Numbered from the stretch's first letter, positions 24,627-34,757 are shown. The stretch: 64,000 nt of DNA from Candidatus Latescibacterota bacterium (GCA_965206595.1 OZ242214.1:6048001-6112000), one strand, 5' to 3'. Program-made: numbers and translations. The notes: generated from the sequence alone by a model not told the origin.

Positions 24627-24812
24627 GAGGAAAGAACAAAGGAACGCCCCTTTCGGGGTGTCGGACTGGCGACAATATCGCCAGCGGGGTTATGCGGCGA
24701 AGCCTAAGGTCAGAGCTGCGAATTTTTAACGACCCATCCATTAGCAACTCGCACAGCAGGTCCGTCGAAGTCGCTCACCCGCTCGATGCAATGAACAAGG
24801 AGTCAGTCTGGA

Positions 24813-25298
24813 CTTGTATCTTCTTGACAGATACAACCCATTCCAGACCAACGACCACCGAGACAACCGAATCGTGTCAGCCGTCCGCCTTCGCATAGCC
24901 CCCTCGCCGACCGGAGCCCCCCACGTCGGCACCGCTTACATCGCCCTGTTCAACATGGCCTTCGCCCGCCGCCACGGGGGCAAGCTGGTGCTGCGCATAG
25001 AGGACACCGACCGGGCGCGGTCCTCCGGCGAGCACGAGCGGCGCTTGATGGAGGCGCTGCGCTGGGCCGGCATCGAGTGGCAGGAGGGCCCCGACGTCGG
25101 CGGGCCGCACGGTCCTTACCGGCAGAGCGAACGGATCCCGCACTACACCGAACACGCGAAGCAGCTCGTAGACCAGGGCTGCGCCTACTATTCCTTCACG
25201 ACCCCCGAAGAGCTGGCCGCCTGGCGGAAGCGCAAGGACTCGGGCGAGCCGGCCCCGTACGAGGCGGAGCGCGAGCAGTCGACCGAGGCGGCGCGGAA
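24813..25298 (+). pseudogene. gltX: gltX leader + 5' fragment, copy 2 (GTG at 24874)
   Basis: [19 protein letters not shown]...EQSTEAAR, about 141 codons, then similarity ends abruptly. Confidence 0.92.
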
Positions 25299-25361
25299 CA
25301 GCGCTCGTTATTGAGGCCACACGGGTCGTTGAATCAATCCCTGCGCAAGGAGAGCCTGGTT

Positions 25362-27473
25362 TTGGAACAATTCTCACTGGAGCACCCCGCGGGAAACAGC
25401 TCTCTGCTACTCAATGGCGAGTGGCAGTTCAGCGAGGGAACAGACGGGTCGCCACCGGCTGACAGTGACTGGCAGCGGGTGCGGGTGCCGCATCGATCGA
25501 GGGAATTCGAAAACGATCCGCCGGTATCAGGTTGGTATCGCACAACGCTGCGCGTGCCGGAGCAGTGGGATCTTCACGACAGTGACCCGGTGTTCGATCT
25601 GGCGCGGGTAAGGCATTACGGGCGGGTCTATCTGGGGGATCGGGTGGTGGGCGAGCATTTCGGTATGCGGACGCTGTGGCGGGTCGAGCTGCGTGGACTG
25701 GTGGAGGCGGGCGGCGAGTATGATCTGATGATTTACACGCACAACTCGTCGGGCTCTTATGCCCATCCCGACCTCGACGAGGTCAGCGAAAGGGTGGCGA
25801 TCGCGCTCGATACCTTCACGTGGCAGACGGGTTCCAGCACCATCGGGGTCGAGGGGGATGTGTGGCTGCGACTGGAGCCGCGGCTGCTCATCGAGGATCT
25901 CTACGTGATGACGTCGGTGCGAGAGAAAACGCTCACAGTCGCCGTCACGGTGCGCAATAAGAATTCGGCGGGTGCCTCGGCCGTTCTGGATCTGGTGGTG
26001 ACGCGGGACGGAGGAGTCGAGCTCGAGCTGCCGACGCAAGAGGTCGGGCTCGAAGCCGGGGAAAAGCAGGTCGTGCGGGTGGCCCTGCCGTGGGGGGATC
26101 CCGTGCTCTGGGGGAGTCCGCCTTACGGGCAGCCGGTGCTGTATTTCCTGCAGGCGGCGTTGCGCCATGCCGACGAGGCGACGCCGATGCACACGCGGGT
26201 CGAGCGCTTCGGATTCAGGGAGGTGTGGGCGGAAGGGGAGCGACTGCTGCTGAATGGGCAACAGCTCATGCTGTGGGGTGATCACTCGCTCCCCTATGTG
26301 CACGAGCGGCAGTGGATGACGCGGAAACTGCTGGATCTGGCTGACGGTAACATGAGTGTCGTCGAGAACCATCGCATCGATCCGCCGCCGCTGCTCTACG
26401 ATGTGGCTGACGAGCTGGGTGTCTTCGTGGTGTCGTCCAACTTCTGCGTGGCCACGGGTCAGGTGAACGAAGAGTTGGAGGGGGCGGAGCTGGATCTTGT
26501 GCTCGAGAACAACCTGGCGATCTGCGAGACCTGGATCCGGCGCGACCGCAATCATCCGAGCATTCTGTTTTGGGATGTGACTGACTCGCGGGAACCGAGG
26601 TTCGGAATCCCTCTGCTGCGGCGGGCGCAGGAGCTGGATGACACCCGCATGAGGGAGGTCACGTACGACGTCACCAGTCACTCACCCGAACTGGTCGATA
26701 CCTACCGGTTGTTCAGCGACAAGGAGCATATCGAGGAGGCGATCCATTTTATCCGCACGAACCCGGAGATGCCGGTAAAGCCGATCCGCGTCGGTGAGGC
26801 GGGCATTTTCGGGCGGCCGACGTGGGACTATGACGAGGCGCCGCCCATGCAGGAGGGGGAGGACTGGCCCGAGTTTCTGGAGAGTATGCCCGAACGGAAG
26901 ATTCACGGCCTGCAGACTTTCTACCTGATCGACCAGGATGGCAAAGGCTTCTATAATGAGAACACGGGCAATCTGTCAGCGCCCGTGCATCCTCAGATCA
27001 CCTGGCCGTCGCAATCGGGACTTGACGCGCGCATCGATCCGTTTGGCGAGGGGACACAGGAGGCCTGGGGAAAGGCGGCGCTGTACCTCAACTGGTGTGA
27101 TCCCGAGGAGCCGCTGTCACGCCGCACGTCCACATGGGAGTGGTCGCGTGAGATGTTCCGCGGGGTTACGGGCAGGGATGTAGGACCGCTGGCGGAGACG
27201 CGGGTGCCCGAGGTGATCGTGCATGTGTCACGAGGTGGTGAGCCGGTGGCTGGGGCCCAGGTTTTTGTTAAGGCGCTGGAGGGACAGGGTGTAGTGCCGT
27301 TCGGGATTCGGGGGGACGGGGCGGGTGCGAGTTGGTTCGTGTTGCCGGAGGCTGGGAGGTATGCTTTTGCGTGTGATGGGGGGCGGGTGGAGGTGTTGGC
27401 TCAGCGGCAGCCGATTCGCACCTCTCCGGGTTATGAGCATATCCAGCATGTGCAGATGGAATTGGGTGATTGA
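25362..27473 (+). CDS. glycoside hydrolase family 2-like protein
   Basis: LNGEWQF, VPH, GWYR, RFGFREV, LLLNG, YDVADELG, RDRNHPSILFW; AGGAG RBS with TTG start. Confidence 0.8.
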   Translation: MEQFSLEHPAGNSSLLLNGEWQFSEGTDGSPPADSDWQRVRVPHRSREFENDPPVSGWYRTTLRVPEQWDLHDSDPVFDLARVRHYGRVYLGDRVVGEHFGMRTLWRVELRGLVEAGGEYDLMIYTHNSSGSYAHPDLDEVSERVAIALDTFTWQTGSSTIGVEGDVWLRLEPRLLIEDLYVMTSVREKTLTVAVTVRNKNSAGASAVLDLVVTRDGGVELELPTQEVGLEAGEKQVVRVALPWGDPVLWGSPPYGQPVLYFLQAALRHADEATPMHTRVERFGFREVWAEGERLLLNGQQLMLWGDHSLPYVHERQWMTRKLLDLADGNMSVVENHRIDPPPLLYDVADELGVFVVSSNFCVATGQVNEELEGAELDLVLENNLAICETWIRRDRNHPSILFWDVTDSREPRFGIPLLRRAQELDDTRMREVTYDVTSHSPELVDTYRLFSDKEHIEEAIHFIRTNPEMPVKPIRVGEAGIFGRPTWDYDEAPPMQEGEDWPEFLESMPERKIHGLQTFYLIDQDGKGFYNENTGNLSAPVHPQITWPSQSGLDARIDPFGEGTQEAWGKAALYLNWCDPEEPLSRRTSTWEWSREMFRGVTGRDVGPLAETRVPEVIVHVSRGGEPVAGAQVFVKALEGQGVVPFGIRGDGAGASWFVLPEAGRYAFACDGGRVEVLAQRQPIRTSPGYEHIQHVQMELGD

Positions 27474-27669
27474 GAAGTGCTTGCACAGGGTTCGTCAATA
27501 TCCCCGCTCTCTAAAAAAACCGTCAACCAAAGCGTTATTCTCGCTGCCGCCTACCCGATAGCCGCCCAAGAAGAAATAAGGGACCGCGCCGGCACATTTC
27601 GTCGACATACTGTGCTGTCAGCAGGTGCTGGATGACCTTGTTGAGAATGCCAGTGACCGGACAGGTGTC

Positions 27670-27785
27670 CTCGGAAAGCTGAGCACCCACTGGCGCACCG
27701 GCACCCGGGGCAGCACATCGTCGACCCGGCGCGCCGCCGTATCGGCCATGCGCCGGCTGCAGCAGGGGGGGCAGGAGTGGCCAAT
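27670..27785 (-). pseudogene. IS91-family transposase fragment (zinc-binding region)
   Basis: SCPPCCSRRMADTAARRVDDVLPRVPVRQWVLSFP. Confidence 0.7.
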
Positions 27786-28588
27786 GACAACAGCTCCGCA
27801 ACTCTCCTCGCCATCTCCGCAAAGTACATCACTTCCTCCGGTGACAGCGCCCGCCCGAGCACATCGCGTTCCCGGTAGGACACCCATTTCTTGAGCACCT
27901 GGTAGCCGCCGAGCTTGTAGCCCCAGATCGCAGCGGGGACGTTGCGCCAGAAAGCGCGGTCGTTCAGATAGACGTCCAGAGTTCTTGCGCCGAGGGTGGT
28001 TATTGAATTACCGAGCGCGGCGCGTTCCTCCGGGGTGTACTCGCGTTCGACGATGCGGCCCTGTCCCGGCATCACCGCTTCGCCGGTTCCGTAGTGGCCC
28101 CACCCTGCTGTATTCGCGAAGTCGTCGCCGGTCATGTTGCGACCGTCGGTGGTGGAGGGCACAGCTATGGCGGCGACCTCCGGGCGCAATGCGCCTTGGG
28201 TAACGCTGGGAACCGGCGTGTCGGGATCGAGCAAGCGTGCCAGTTCGCGGCCCCGTGCCGCTGATGCAGCGAGTGCCTCTGGTGCGCCGTCAGCTTCGCC
28301 ATCGGGCCAGCCCGGCAGCGGGATGCGTGGCCATTCCATGCGGAGCGCCCCGGCGTTGGCTTTGCGGTAAGCGGGATCGTGGAGGGTGGCGAGGACGTGG
28401 TGGAAGAGGTCTTCTAAATCCGCGCCGATACGGTGGAGATAGCGTTGGGCGGCCCCGGACAAATTGGGGCGGCGTTGTATTTCGTTGCCGCTGATTCCGA
28501 GGCCCCCGTCACGGAGGTAGGCGGGGAACATGTTAGCATCGCGCTCAATCAGCGGAAGGAGCGCCCGGGGGCTAGAGTCACCCAACAA
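27786..28588 (-). pseudogene. Type ISP (LlaBIII-like) restriction-modification enzyme, C-terminal fragment
   Basis: PNLS...LFHHVLATLHDPAYR..N..AL..EWPRIP...NVP.AIW.YKLGGYQVLKKW.SYR; N-terminal helicase/MTase absent. Confidence 0.8.
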
Positions 28589-28872
28589 GGGCCAGCAAGT
28601 GGGTCAGGGGTCATGGGCTCGGTGGAGCCGCATCGGCCTGACGGCGAGGTGGGCCTGATCGAAGGTCTGGACGTTCCTGACGCCTCGGCGGCGGCAGCTG
28701 GCGGGAAACGCTCCCCACGCTAGCGGCGCTGACGAGGACCGCATGGCCGTGGCTGGAGAGGGGGGTGGTATGTCAAATGCTAAGGCTACTTCAGGTCCTG
28801 TTCCCTACGGGGAATGGAAAAAACCCCCGGACTTACCACGATAGAAAAGCTTGGTGGGACAGCGAATTCGGG

Positions 28873-29385
28873 CTAAGGAAGCGGTAGAGAAACGTTGCGT
28901 TTCCTTAGGGACTGTGCCATCTCTTTGGAGACATTCTCTTTACTGATGAAATTTGAGGTCACGGATTGTCCGATTGCCTGGGCAACCTCCTTGTCATTGA
29001 AGCGTTTTATTCGTGCTTGGGTCTTGATGGCGCCAGCAAATCGGGCAATCTTGGCAATAGATAGTTCAACAAGATCTATATGCCACTGGTTGACGCCAGG
29101 GTCCGGCGTATCTCCTTCCTTGCTGGCTGCCCGTATGTCGCAATCCTCAAGGATGCTATCTGGAATTACGGCTAGATCCATGTGAGCCAAGTGATCTCGA
29201 GTTAGTGCCAATGCCGCGACTACTCTCTCCATTTGTCGAGCGGGACGATCCAGAATGTAGACTGACAGTTTATTGTTCGCGGGATACAGGCACTTCACGA
29301 CATCGGCTTGAGTGTCTCCCTGTTCAAGCCACTCCATGTCATCCCAATGTCGTTTCTGACTTAGCTTCCTGAGGACGACTGCCAC
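28873..29385 (-). CDS. hypothetical protein, ADP-ribosyltransferase-like toxin candidate
   Basis: LRK in the first strand, D...CL...NNKLSVY, GDTP...WHIDL; overlaps the upstream gene. Confidence 0.6.
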   Translation of the reverse strand: MAVVLRKLSQKRHWDDMEWLEQGDTQADVVKCLYPANNKLSVYILDRPARQMERVVAALALTRDHLAHMDLAVIPDSILEDCDIRAASKEGDTPDPGVNQWHIDLVELSIAKIARFAGAIKTQARIKRFNDKEVAQAIGQSVTSNFISKENVSKEMAQSLRKRNVSLPLP

Positions 29386-30299
29386 GGATACTCCAACTCC
29401 AGCGAGCCGACTAGGTCAGTGAGGTCCTCACGTAGTTCCGGCACACCCTCGCTCTCAATAGCCTGCCTAAGGAGTCCTATAGCAGCACTTCTTTCGAGGT
29501 AAGCCAAGCCCAAGGCGGCAGCATCTCGGACCAGTGGAGACCCATTACAAAGCCCGAGGGATAGCAAATTAACAACGGTTTCGCGTAAAGGCCTTGCTTC
29601 TCGGCGCGAGACCCACTCCAGCATTTCTGACATTACCTCTGGAGAGGCACCGCCTTTAATTAACCGTAGCCTCAGATAATCAAGTACGTCGACCGGGTCG
29701 GTCTGAAAAAGCTGCTGGAGGCCGGTTGAGAAGCGGCTCTCCACCCCAGCCTCGAATTGTTCATCATGGGCGGCCGAGAATAAGCGATCTAAATTGGATA
29801 CTATAAAATCAGGTGCTAAGACGCCGAGGAAGTCATGACTCCTTTGGTTGTCTGAGGCGCCAGCAGCGGGGGAATGCAACACGTCTTTCAGGTTGGCAAT
29901 TTCGACTATAGTCCATAAAGAATCATCTAGAAGCTCGGGAGGCAGTCGAACAGTCGCCGTTTGTGGTTGTAGGAGGTAATTGTGATAGTCGGCTGAACAA
30001 AAAAGGTGTTCCGTGGCAGCCTGCGACTGGACGACATGGCGTGTCGAATTGACTCCTGGCTGCCTGTCAAAGAGGGGCAAGTAAGTGCCCTTGCGCTCGG
30101 ATCCGAAGTAGTATTTTACCATGGCCTTCTGGGAGCGATCGGTACGCGGCGCGGAGGAAAACAGCCTTTCTATTCTAGTCCAACTATCAGGCGAATCATC
30201 GTGGTCAATCCCATACCTAGGCTGCGTCTCAGTGTTGGCAGGGCAGTCTAGAGACGCGGGACTAGTGAGATCCTCAAATGACAAGACACCGCTGTTCAT
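29361..30299 (-). CDS. hypothetical protein: low-complexity N-terminus + C-terminal HEAT-like repeats
   Basis: EQFEAG.ESRF...SPLVRDAAALGLAYL...AIGLLRQAIESE; ATGA overlap with upstream ORF. Confidence 0.65.
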   Translation of the reverse strand: MNSGVLSFEDLTSPASLDCPANTETQPRYGIDHDDSPDSWTRIERLFSSAPRTDRSQKAMVKYYFGSERKGTYLPLFDRQPGVNSTRHVVQSQAATEHLFCSADYHNYLLQPQTATVRLPPELLDDSLWTIVEIANLKDVLHSPAAGASDNQRSHDFLGVLAPDFIVSNLDRLFSAAHDEQFEAGVESRFSTGLQQLFQTDPVDVLDYLRLRLIKGGASPEVMSEMLEWVSRREARPLRETVVNLLSLGLCNGSPLVRDAAALGLAYLERSAAIGLLRQAIESEGVPELREDLTDLVGSLELEYPWQSSSGS

Positions 30300-31030
30300 G
30301 CAACGTCCCCCTTGGCAGCAATTTCGTTTCCCAAGTCAACGAGCTCTTCAAAAATGCCTGCTAAGTCATCGATTCTTTGCGTGGGCTGCGGAGCAGTATT
30401 GACGTCTAATTCTAAGCGACAGACATTTCCGGTGACTGTAGACTCCACTCGTTCAGAGCCTTGCACCTCTACTCGTATTTCCAGAATACTCGCAATTGAC
30501 CATGTTGACAGGCGATTGAGTTCTACGCCCTCTATTGTGCGAGAATGGCGGCGTCGGTTAACTCGGTATAGAAGATCGTGCATATCCATGTCGATCTTGA
30601 GTGCGGGAAGCAACTCGGTGAGAATCTTGTTTCCCTCAGCTGGATCCTGAACGGGGAACAATAGCACGGCACCGAAGGCGAGCCTTTGAGTGGGCGGGCA
30701 CGAGCGCACGATCCATTGATGCATCAGTTCGCGAAAATCCTTCTGTAGGTCCTCATACCCTCCCGCAACCGGGAACTCATTGGCAGGGTTTGAGGGATCC
30801 TGACTCAACCTCCAGTCTATCCGATTAGGGTTTGCTTGAACGCTCAACCTTCCGGTCAAATGGGGGCCCTCTTCCTGCATTGAGCGCTCACGCGGCCTGT
30901 GATTTACTGCTTCTGGTGGTGTGCCCACCAATTGCTCCCAGAAGCTTGCTGTTTGCGCTAAGGGTTCGAGAGTGAACGCGGAGAGCCTAAGGCTTTCCGT
31001 TTGCCAGTCATTCAGACTCTGTATGGGCAT
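30296..31030 (-). CDS. hypothetical protein, TIGR04255-like candidate
   Basis: WQTESLRLSAF, RIDW, QRLAFG, YRVNR, LELDVNT; GGAGG RBS; beta-rich. Confidence 0.6.
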   Translation of the reverse strand: MPIQSLNDWQTESLRLSAFTLEPLAQTASFWEQLVGTPPEAVNHRPRERSMQEEGPHLTGRLSVQANPNRIDWRLSQDPSNPANEFPVAGGYEDLQKDFRELMHQWIVRSCPPTQRLAFGAVLLFPVQDPAEGNKILTELLPALKIDMDMHDLLYRVNRRRHSRTIEGVELNRLSTWSIASILEIRVEVQGSERVESTVTGNVCRLELDVNTAPQPTQRIDDLAGIFEELVDLGNEIAAKGDVA

Positions 31031-31586
31031 TAGTGGATTCCTCCATAAATGGGGCTGTATCGGTCCCAGTTCCTCAGGAGGGGTTTGAGAAGTAGTGCAC
31101 GAATGATCTCTATTGATGAAGCTCAAACCGGTGCTGCTACCCTATGAGGTGGAGAAATTGGAAGATAGGAGGGGGTGACTCTACTGCAAGTCTGGGGCCC
31201 AAGCCTCCTGGGCATTGAGGAGGGAGCACCCTTTCTTGGCGCCCGAAGGGAGGAATGTGGGGCAAATTTCCGGCAGGGTCCTCACCAGAGACCTTGGCCT
31301 GCGAATTCGACTTGGCTTGGGTTTACCGTCATCCTGGGCTCCAGCAGCCACTAGGCTTACGGCGGCGTGGAATGGGTCGAATGCCGGGAAGTGATTCAGG
31401 TGGTGGAGGTGTACCAGCGGGTCATGCTGGATGGCCGTTGCGCGAGGTGACCCGACCGATGTATGGGGCGCGTCTCTCATGCCATTGCCCACCCGTGCTC
31501 GATTCTCGACCGCAATGACCTGGCCTGAAGCGACATCTTCGAACCGCTTGTATCTTCCTGACACATAAAACCCATTCCAGACCCCT

Positions 31587-31620
<34 letters not shown>

Positions 31621-31633
31621 AGACAACCGAATC

Positions 31634-33121
31634 GTGTCAGCCGTCCGCGTTCGCATAGCCCCCTCGCCGACCGGAGCCCCCCACGTCGGCACCGCCTATA
31701 TCGCCCTGTTCAACATGGCCTTCGCCCGTCGCCACGGCGGCGAGCTGGTGCTGCGCATAGAGGACACCGACCGGGCGCGGTCCTCCGACGAGCACGAGCG
31801 GCGCCTGATGGAGGCGCTGCGCTGGGCCGGCATCGAGTGGCAGGAGGGCCCCGACCTCGGCGGGCCGCGCGGTCCCTACCGGCAGAGCGAACGGATCGAG
31901 GTCTACTCGGGGTACGCCAAGCAGCTCGTAGACCAGGGCTGCGCCTACTATTCCTTCACGACCCCCGAAGAGCTGGCCGCCTGGCGGAAGCGCAAGAACT
32001 CGGGCGAGCCGGCCCCGTACGAGGCGGAGCGCGAGCAGTCGACCGAGGCGGCGCGGAAGCGAATCGACGCCGGGCCTCCGCACGTGATCCGCATGAAGAC
32101 CCCGCGCGAGGGATCGGTAACGGTCACCGACACGTTGCGCGGGGAGATCCCGTTCGACCTGGCGGGCCTCGACGACCAGGTGCTGCTGAAGTCGGACGGG
32201 TTCCCCACCTATCATCTCGCCGTCGTCGTCGACGATCACCTGATGGAGATCAGCCACGTCATCCGCGGCGAGGAGTGGATTCCGTCGACGCCGAAACACC
32301 TGCTCCTCTACGACTGGCTGGGCTGGGACCCTCCGGAGCACACCCACCTGCCGCTGCTGCTCAACCCGGACCGCTCCAAGATGTCGAAGCGGCGGAACCC
32401 GACCTCCATCGACTTCTACCGCCGCGCCGGGTACCTGCCGGAGGCCCTGCTCAACTACCTGGCGCTGATGGCCTATCCGCCGGGGGAGGGGGGCGAGGAG
32501 AAATTCCCGCTGTTCGAGCTGGTCGACCGTTTCGATCTCGGGCGGGTCAACCTCGGCGGCTCGGTGTTCGACCTCGAGAAGCTGAGCTGGCTCAACGGCC
32601 GCTACATACGCGAGGATCTCACCGCCGGGGAGCTGCTGGATCGCCTGAAGGAATGGGCCCTGAACGACGGTTTCATCCGCGAGATGATCCCCCTGATGCA
32701 GCCGCGCATGCAGACCCTCGGCGACTTCATGCCGGCCTGTTCCTTCTTCTTTGCGCGCGAGGTGGAGCCGCCGGCGGAGGATCTCGTGCCTAAAAAGCGG
32801 CAGCCCGCCGAGGCGGCGCAGATGCTGCTGACCGCGGTCTGGGCGCTTCAGGAGGTATCGCCCTGGAATGTCTCCGCGGTCGAGGCGGCGGTTCATGGGG
32901 TGAGCTCGTTCTGGGAGTGGCCGGTGCGCGAGGTGACCCGGCCGATGTTTACCGCGCTTATGGGACGGCCGGTCGGGCCGCCCCTGTACGAGTCGATCGT
33001 CCTGCTCGACATCGACCTGACGCGGGCGCGGCTGCAGGCCGCGGTGGGGGTGCTCGGGGGGGTCTCCAGGAAAAAGGAGCGGGCCCTGGAGAAGGAGTGG
33101 TCTTCCGGGGGTGGGAGCTAG
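31634..33121 (+). CDS. gltX: glutamate--tRNA ligase
   Basis: [13 protein letters not shown] (HIGH-type), RIEDTD, YRQSER, PTYHLA, RGEEW, KMSKR. Confidence 0.97.
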   Translation: MSAVRVRIAPSPTGAPHVGTAYIALFNMAFARRHGGELVLRIEDTDRARSSDEHERRLMEALRWAGIEWQEGPDLGGPRGPYRQSERIEVYSGYAKQLVDQGCAYYSFTTPEELAAWRKRKNSGEPAPYEAEREQSTEAARKRIDAGPPHVIRMKTPREGSVTVTDTLRGEIPFDLAGLDDQVLLKSDGFPTYHLAVVVDDHLMEISHVIRGEEWIPSTPKHLLLYDWLGWDPPEHTHLPLLLNPDRSKMSKRRNPTSIDFYRRAGYLPEALLNYLALMAYPPGEGGEEKFPLFELVDRFDLGRVNLGGSVFDLEKLSWLNGRYIREDLTAGELLDRLKEWALNDGFIREMIPLMQPRMQTLGDFMPACSFFFAREVEPPAEDLVPKKRQPAEAAQMLLTAVWALQEVSPWNVSAVEAAVHGVSSFWEWPVREVTRPMFTALMGRPVGPPLYESIVLLDIDLTRARLQAAVGVLGGVSRKKERALEKEWSSGGGS

Positions 33122-33162
33122 CTCCGGTTACTTCCTGCCGGAGAGGCCCAGGCGTCGAGCAG
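33122..33162 (-). repeat. copy of the glnS 3' end abutting gltX
   Basis: CCGGTTACTTCCTGCCGGAGA-GGCCCAGGCGTCGAGCAG matches 34754-34796 with a short deletion. Confidence 0.85.
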
Positions 33163-33512
33163 CCTCCCAACTGGCTCACTCCTACCGAACTCAGCGGTTC
33201 GGTCGGAGACCGTCTTGGCCAGTGGCCGCGAAGCGGGCGGCAGGCACCAGTTATGTGGAGTCCGCGCCCGTGATGCAACACTGGGCGAGAGCCGCTTCGT
33301 TTATGTCCTGCAATTCCGGAACGGGCCGCAGTAGCGCGCCAACGGCGGTCGAGAAGTAGGTCTCCAGAATTGGAAAGAAAGCCGTTGTCCTCAGATCGCG
33401 GAGCTGACCGGCGTGCTTGCCACGCGCATGTAGTGTCCCCAAGACGAAGATCTCGACAACATCTCGATACGTGAGGTTACGTGTTTCTTCGATCGCGATG
33501 TTTGTCGGGTGA

Positions 33513-33744
33513 TCAAGTAAGGCGTTGAGACCGGCTCAGACTCTTGGGCGGCTTGTTCGTGAGGGAGCCAAGCTCCTCGAACCCGATTGTGGCGTTGATG
33601 TAGTCACGCAGTACGATCTTGCCGGTATCGACGTCCCCCGCAAGCAGGCACTCGATGCCTTCCTTCAGCAACCCTTCTCGGAAAGCCGAGGTCGCGCTCA
33701 GCGCGGGTCTGCACAGTCTCCTTGAAGTCACGGGTAAGCGGCAT
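33513..33744 (-). pseudogene. addiction-module antitoxin (HTH), N-terminal part, frameshifted and truncated
   Basis: MPLTRDFKETVQTRAERD / AFREGLLKEGIECLLAGDVDTGKIVLRDYINATIGFEEL..KPPKSL. Confidence 0.8.
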
Positions 33745-33747
33745 GGT

Positions 33748-33855
33748 CATATCTCCTGTTGCTTGCGACGCTTGTACTCCTGCCAGAGCTCACGGGCATC
33801 CTCGATATCCCTTTGCTGGGGCACTTTGGTTCCACCGCCGAGCAGGACAGTCAGA
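33748..33855 (-). pseudogene. RelE/ParE-type addiction-module toxin, 3' fragment
   Basis: [31 protein letters not shown]; truncated at the gltX-tail repeat. Confidence 0.75.
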
Positions 33856-33857
33856 GA

Positions 33858-33939
33858 GTCTCCAGGAAAAGGAGCGGGCCCTGGAGAAGGAGTGGTCTTC
33901 CCGGGGCAAGAGCTAAGCCTAGGTTACTTCCTGCCGGAG
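33858..33939 (+). repeat. duplicated gltX 3' end / glnS 3' end junction
   Basis: GTCTCCAGGAAAAGGAGCGGGCCCTGGAGAAGGAGTGGTCTTCC...GAGCTA...GGTTACTTCCTGCCGGAG matches 33062-33143. Confidence 0.92.
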
Positions 33940-34051
33940 TTGGGCTTCGAGCGGTCGATCTCAGGGAATCGCTGTCGCGGTGTTGTAAAGACCCACGTAC
34001 GCCGCTTAGCGAGCCATCAGCACCGCGCCGGGGGTGGGGTTGCGCGGTTTC

Positions 34052-34342
34052 TCAAGCGCTTAATGATCGCGCCACGGTTTCGGGATTTTCCGAAGCAATC
34101 TTGAGCAGAGCTCGGGCAGGACCCTCCGGACGGCGGCGTCCCTGCTCCCAATTCTGCAAGGTAGAGACGCTTACGCCAATCATCAGGGCAAATTCAGATT
34201 GCGATTTATCCAGCTTTTGTCGGATCAGTCGGATATCGGCGGGGTCCATCTGGATCGTGCGTCCTGGCTTCAACTTGCCGCGCTTGATCGCTCCGGCCTG
34301 CTTGACGCTGGCTACAAGTTGGTCAAAGTCGCGCTCATTCAT
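34052..34342 (-). CDS. HigA/NadS-like HTH antitoxin
   Basis: IRQKLDKSQSEFALMIGVSVSTLQNWEQGRRRPEGPARALL. Confidence 0.88.
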   Translation of the reverse strand: MNERDFDQLVASVKQAGAIKRGKLKPGRTIQMDPADIRLIRQKLDKSQSEFALMIGVSVSTLQNWEQGRRRPEGPARALLKIASENPETVARSLSA

Positions 34343-34653
34343 GCCAGATACTCCTTTACGAGTTTACTAAGCAGCTTACACTGTTGAGGGGTGAGATCGT
34401 CCTGTCCGCTCTTGCGATACACCCAAAGCATATAAAGAATCTCGGCCGGCTTGTCCCAATAGTAGATCACACGAAGACCGCCCCGTTTGCCAGCATGGGG
34501 CAATTTCCATCTCAGTTTTCTCAATCCACCCGTACGCTGAATTATCTCTCCTGATTCTGGCCGGAGCAGGAGCGCCAGCTGTATTGCCCGGTAGCCTTCA
34601 TCCGATAGTAGGGTCCAGATCTCCTTTGTGAAGATTGGCGTCTCAACGAAGAT
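34339..34653 (-). pseudogene. RelE/HigB toxin lacking its start codon
   Basis: IFVETPIFTK...GGLRKLRW...GKRGGLRVIYY...YRKS.QDDLT; the codon before IFVET is TGA. Confidence 0.8.
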
Positions 34654-34654
34654 T

Positions 34655-34738
34655 CACTTCGAGTTGGAGGCCCTCGTGCTACTGAATCCGGCTGATGACC
34701 TCGAAAAAGTTGCGGGGGTGCGGATTGCCGGACGGACC
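34655..34738 (-). pseudogene. C-terminal fragment of an addiction-module antitoxin
   Basis: GPSGNPHPRNFFEVISRIQ*HEGLQLEV resembles the part missing from 33513-33744. Confidence 0.6.
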
Positions 34739-34757
34739 GAGCCGGCTGTAGAACCGG

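Noticed and set aside
24277-25298. gltX copies as DGR template/variable repeats
   Set aside because: Differences are not adenine-specific and no reverse transcriptase is present in the window
25077-25361. GltX-GH2 fusion
   Set aside because: The extension is an off-frame reading of the gltX fragment; GH2 has its own RBS and TTG at 25362
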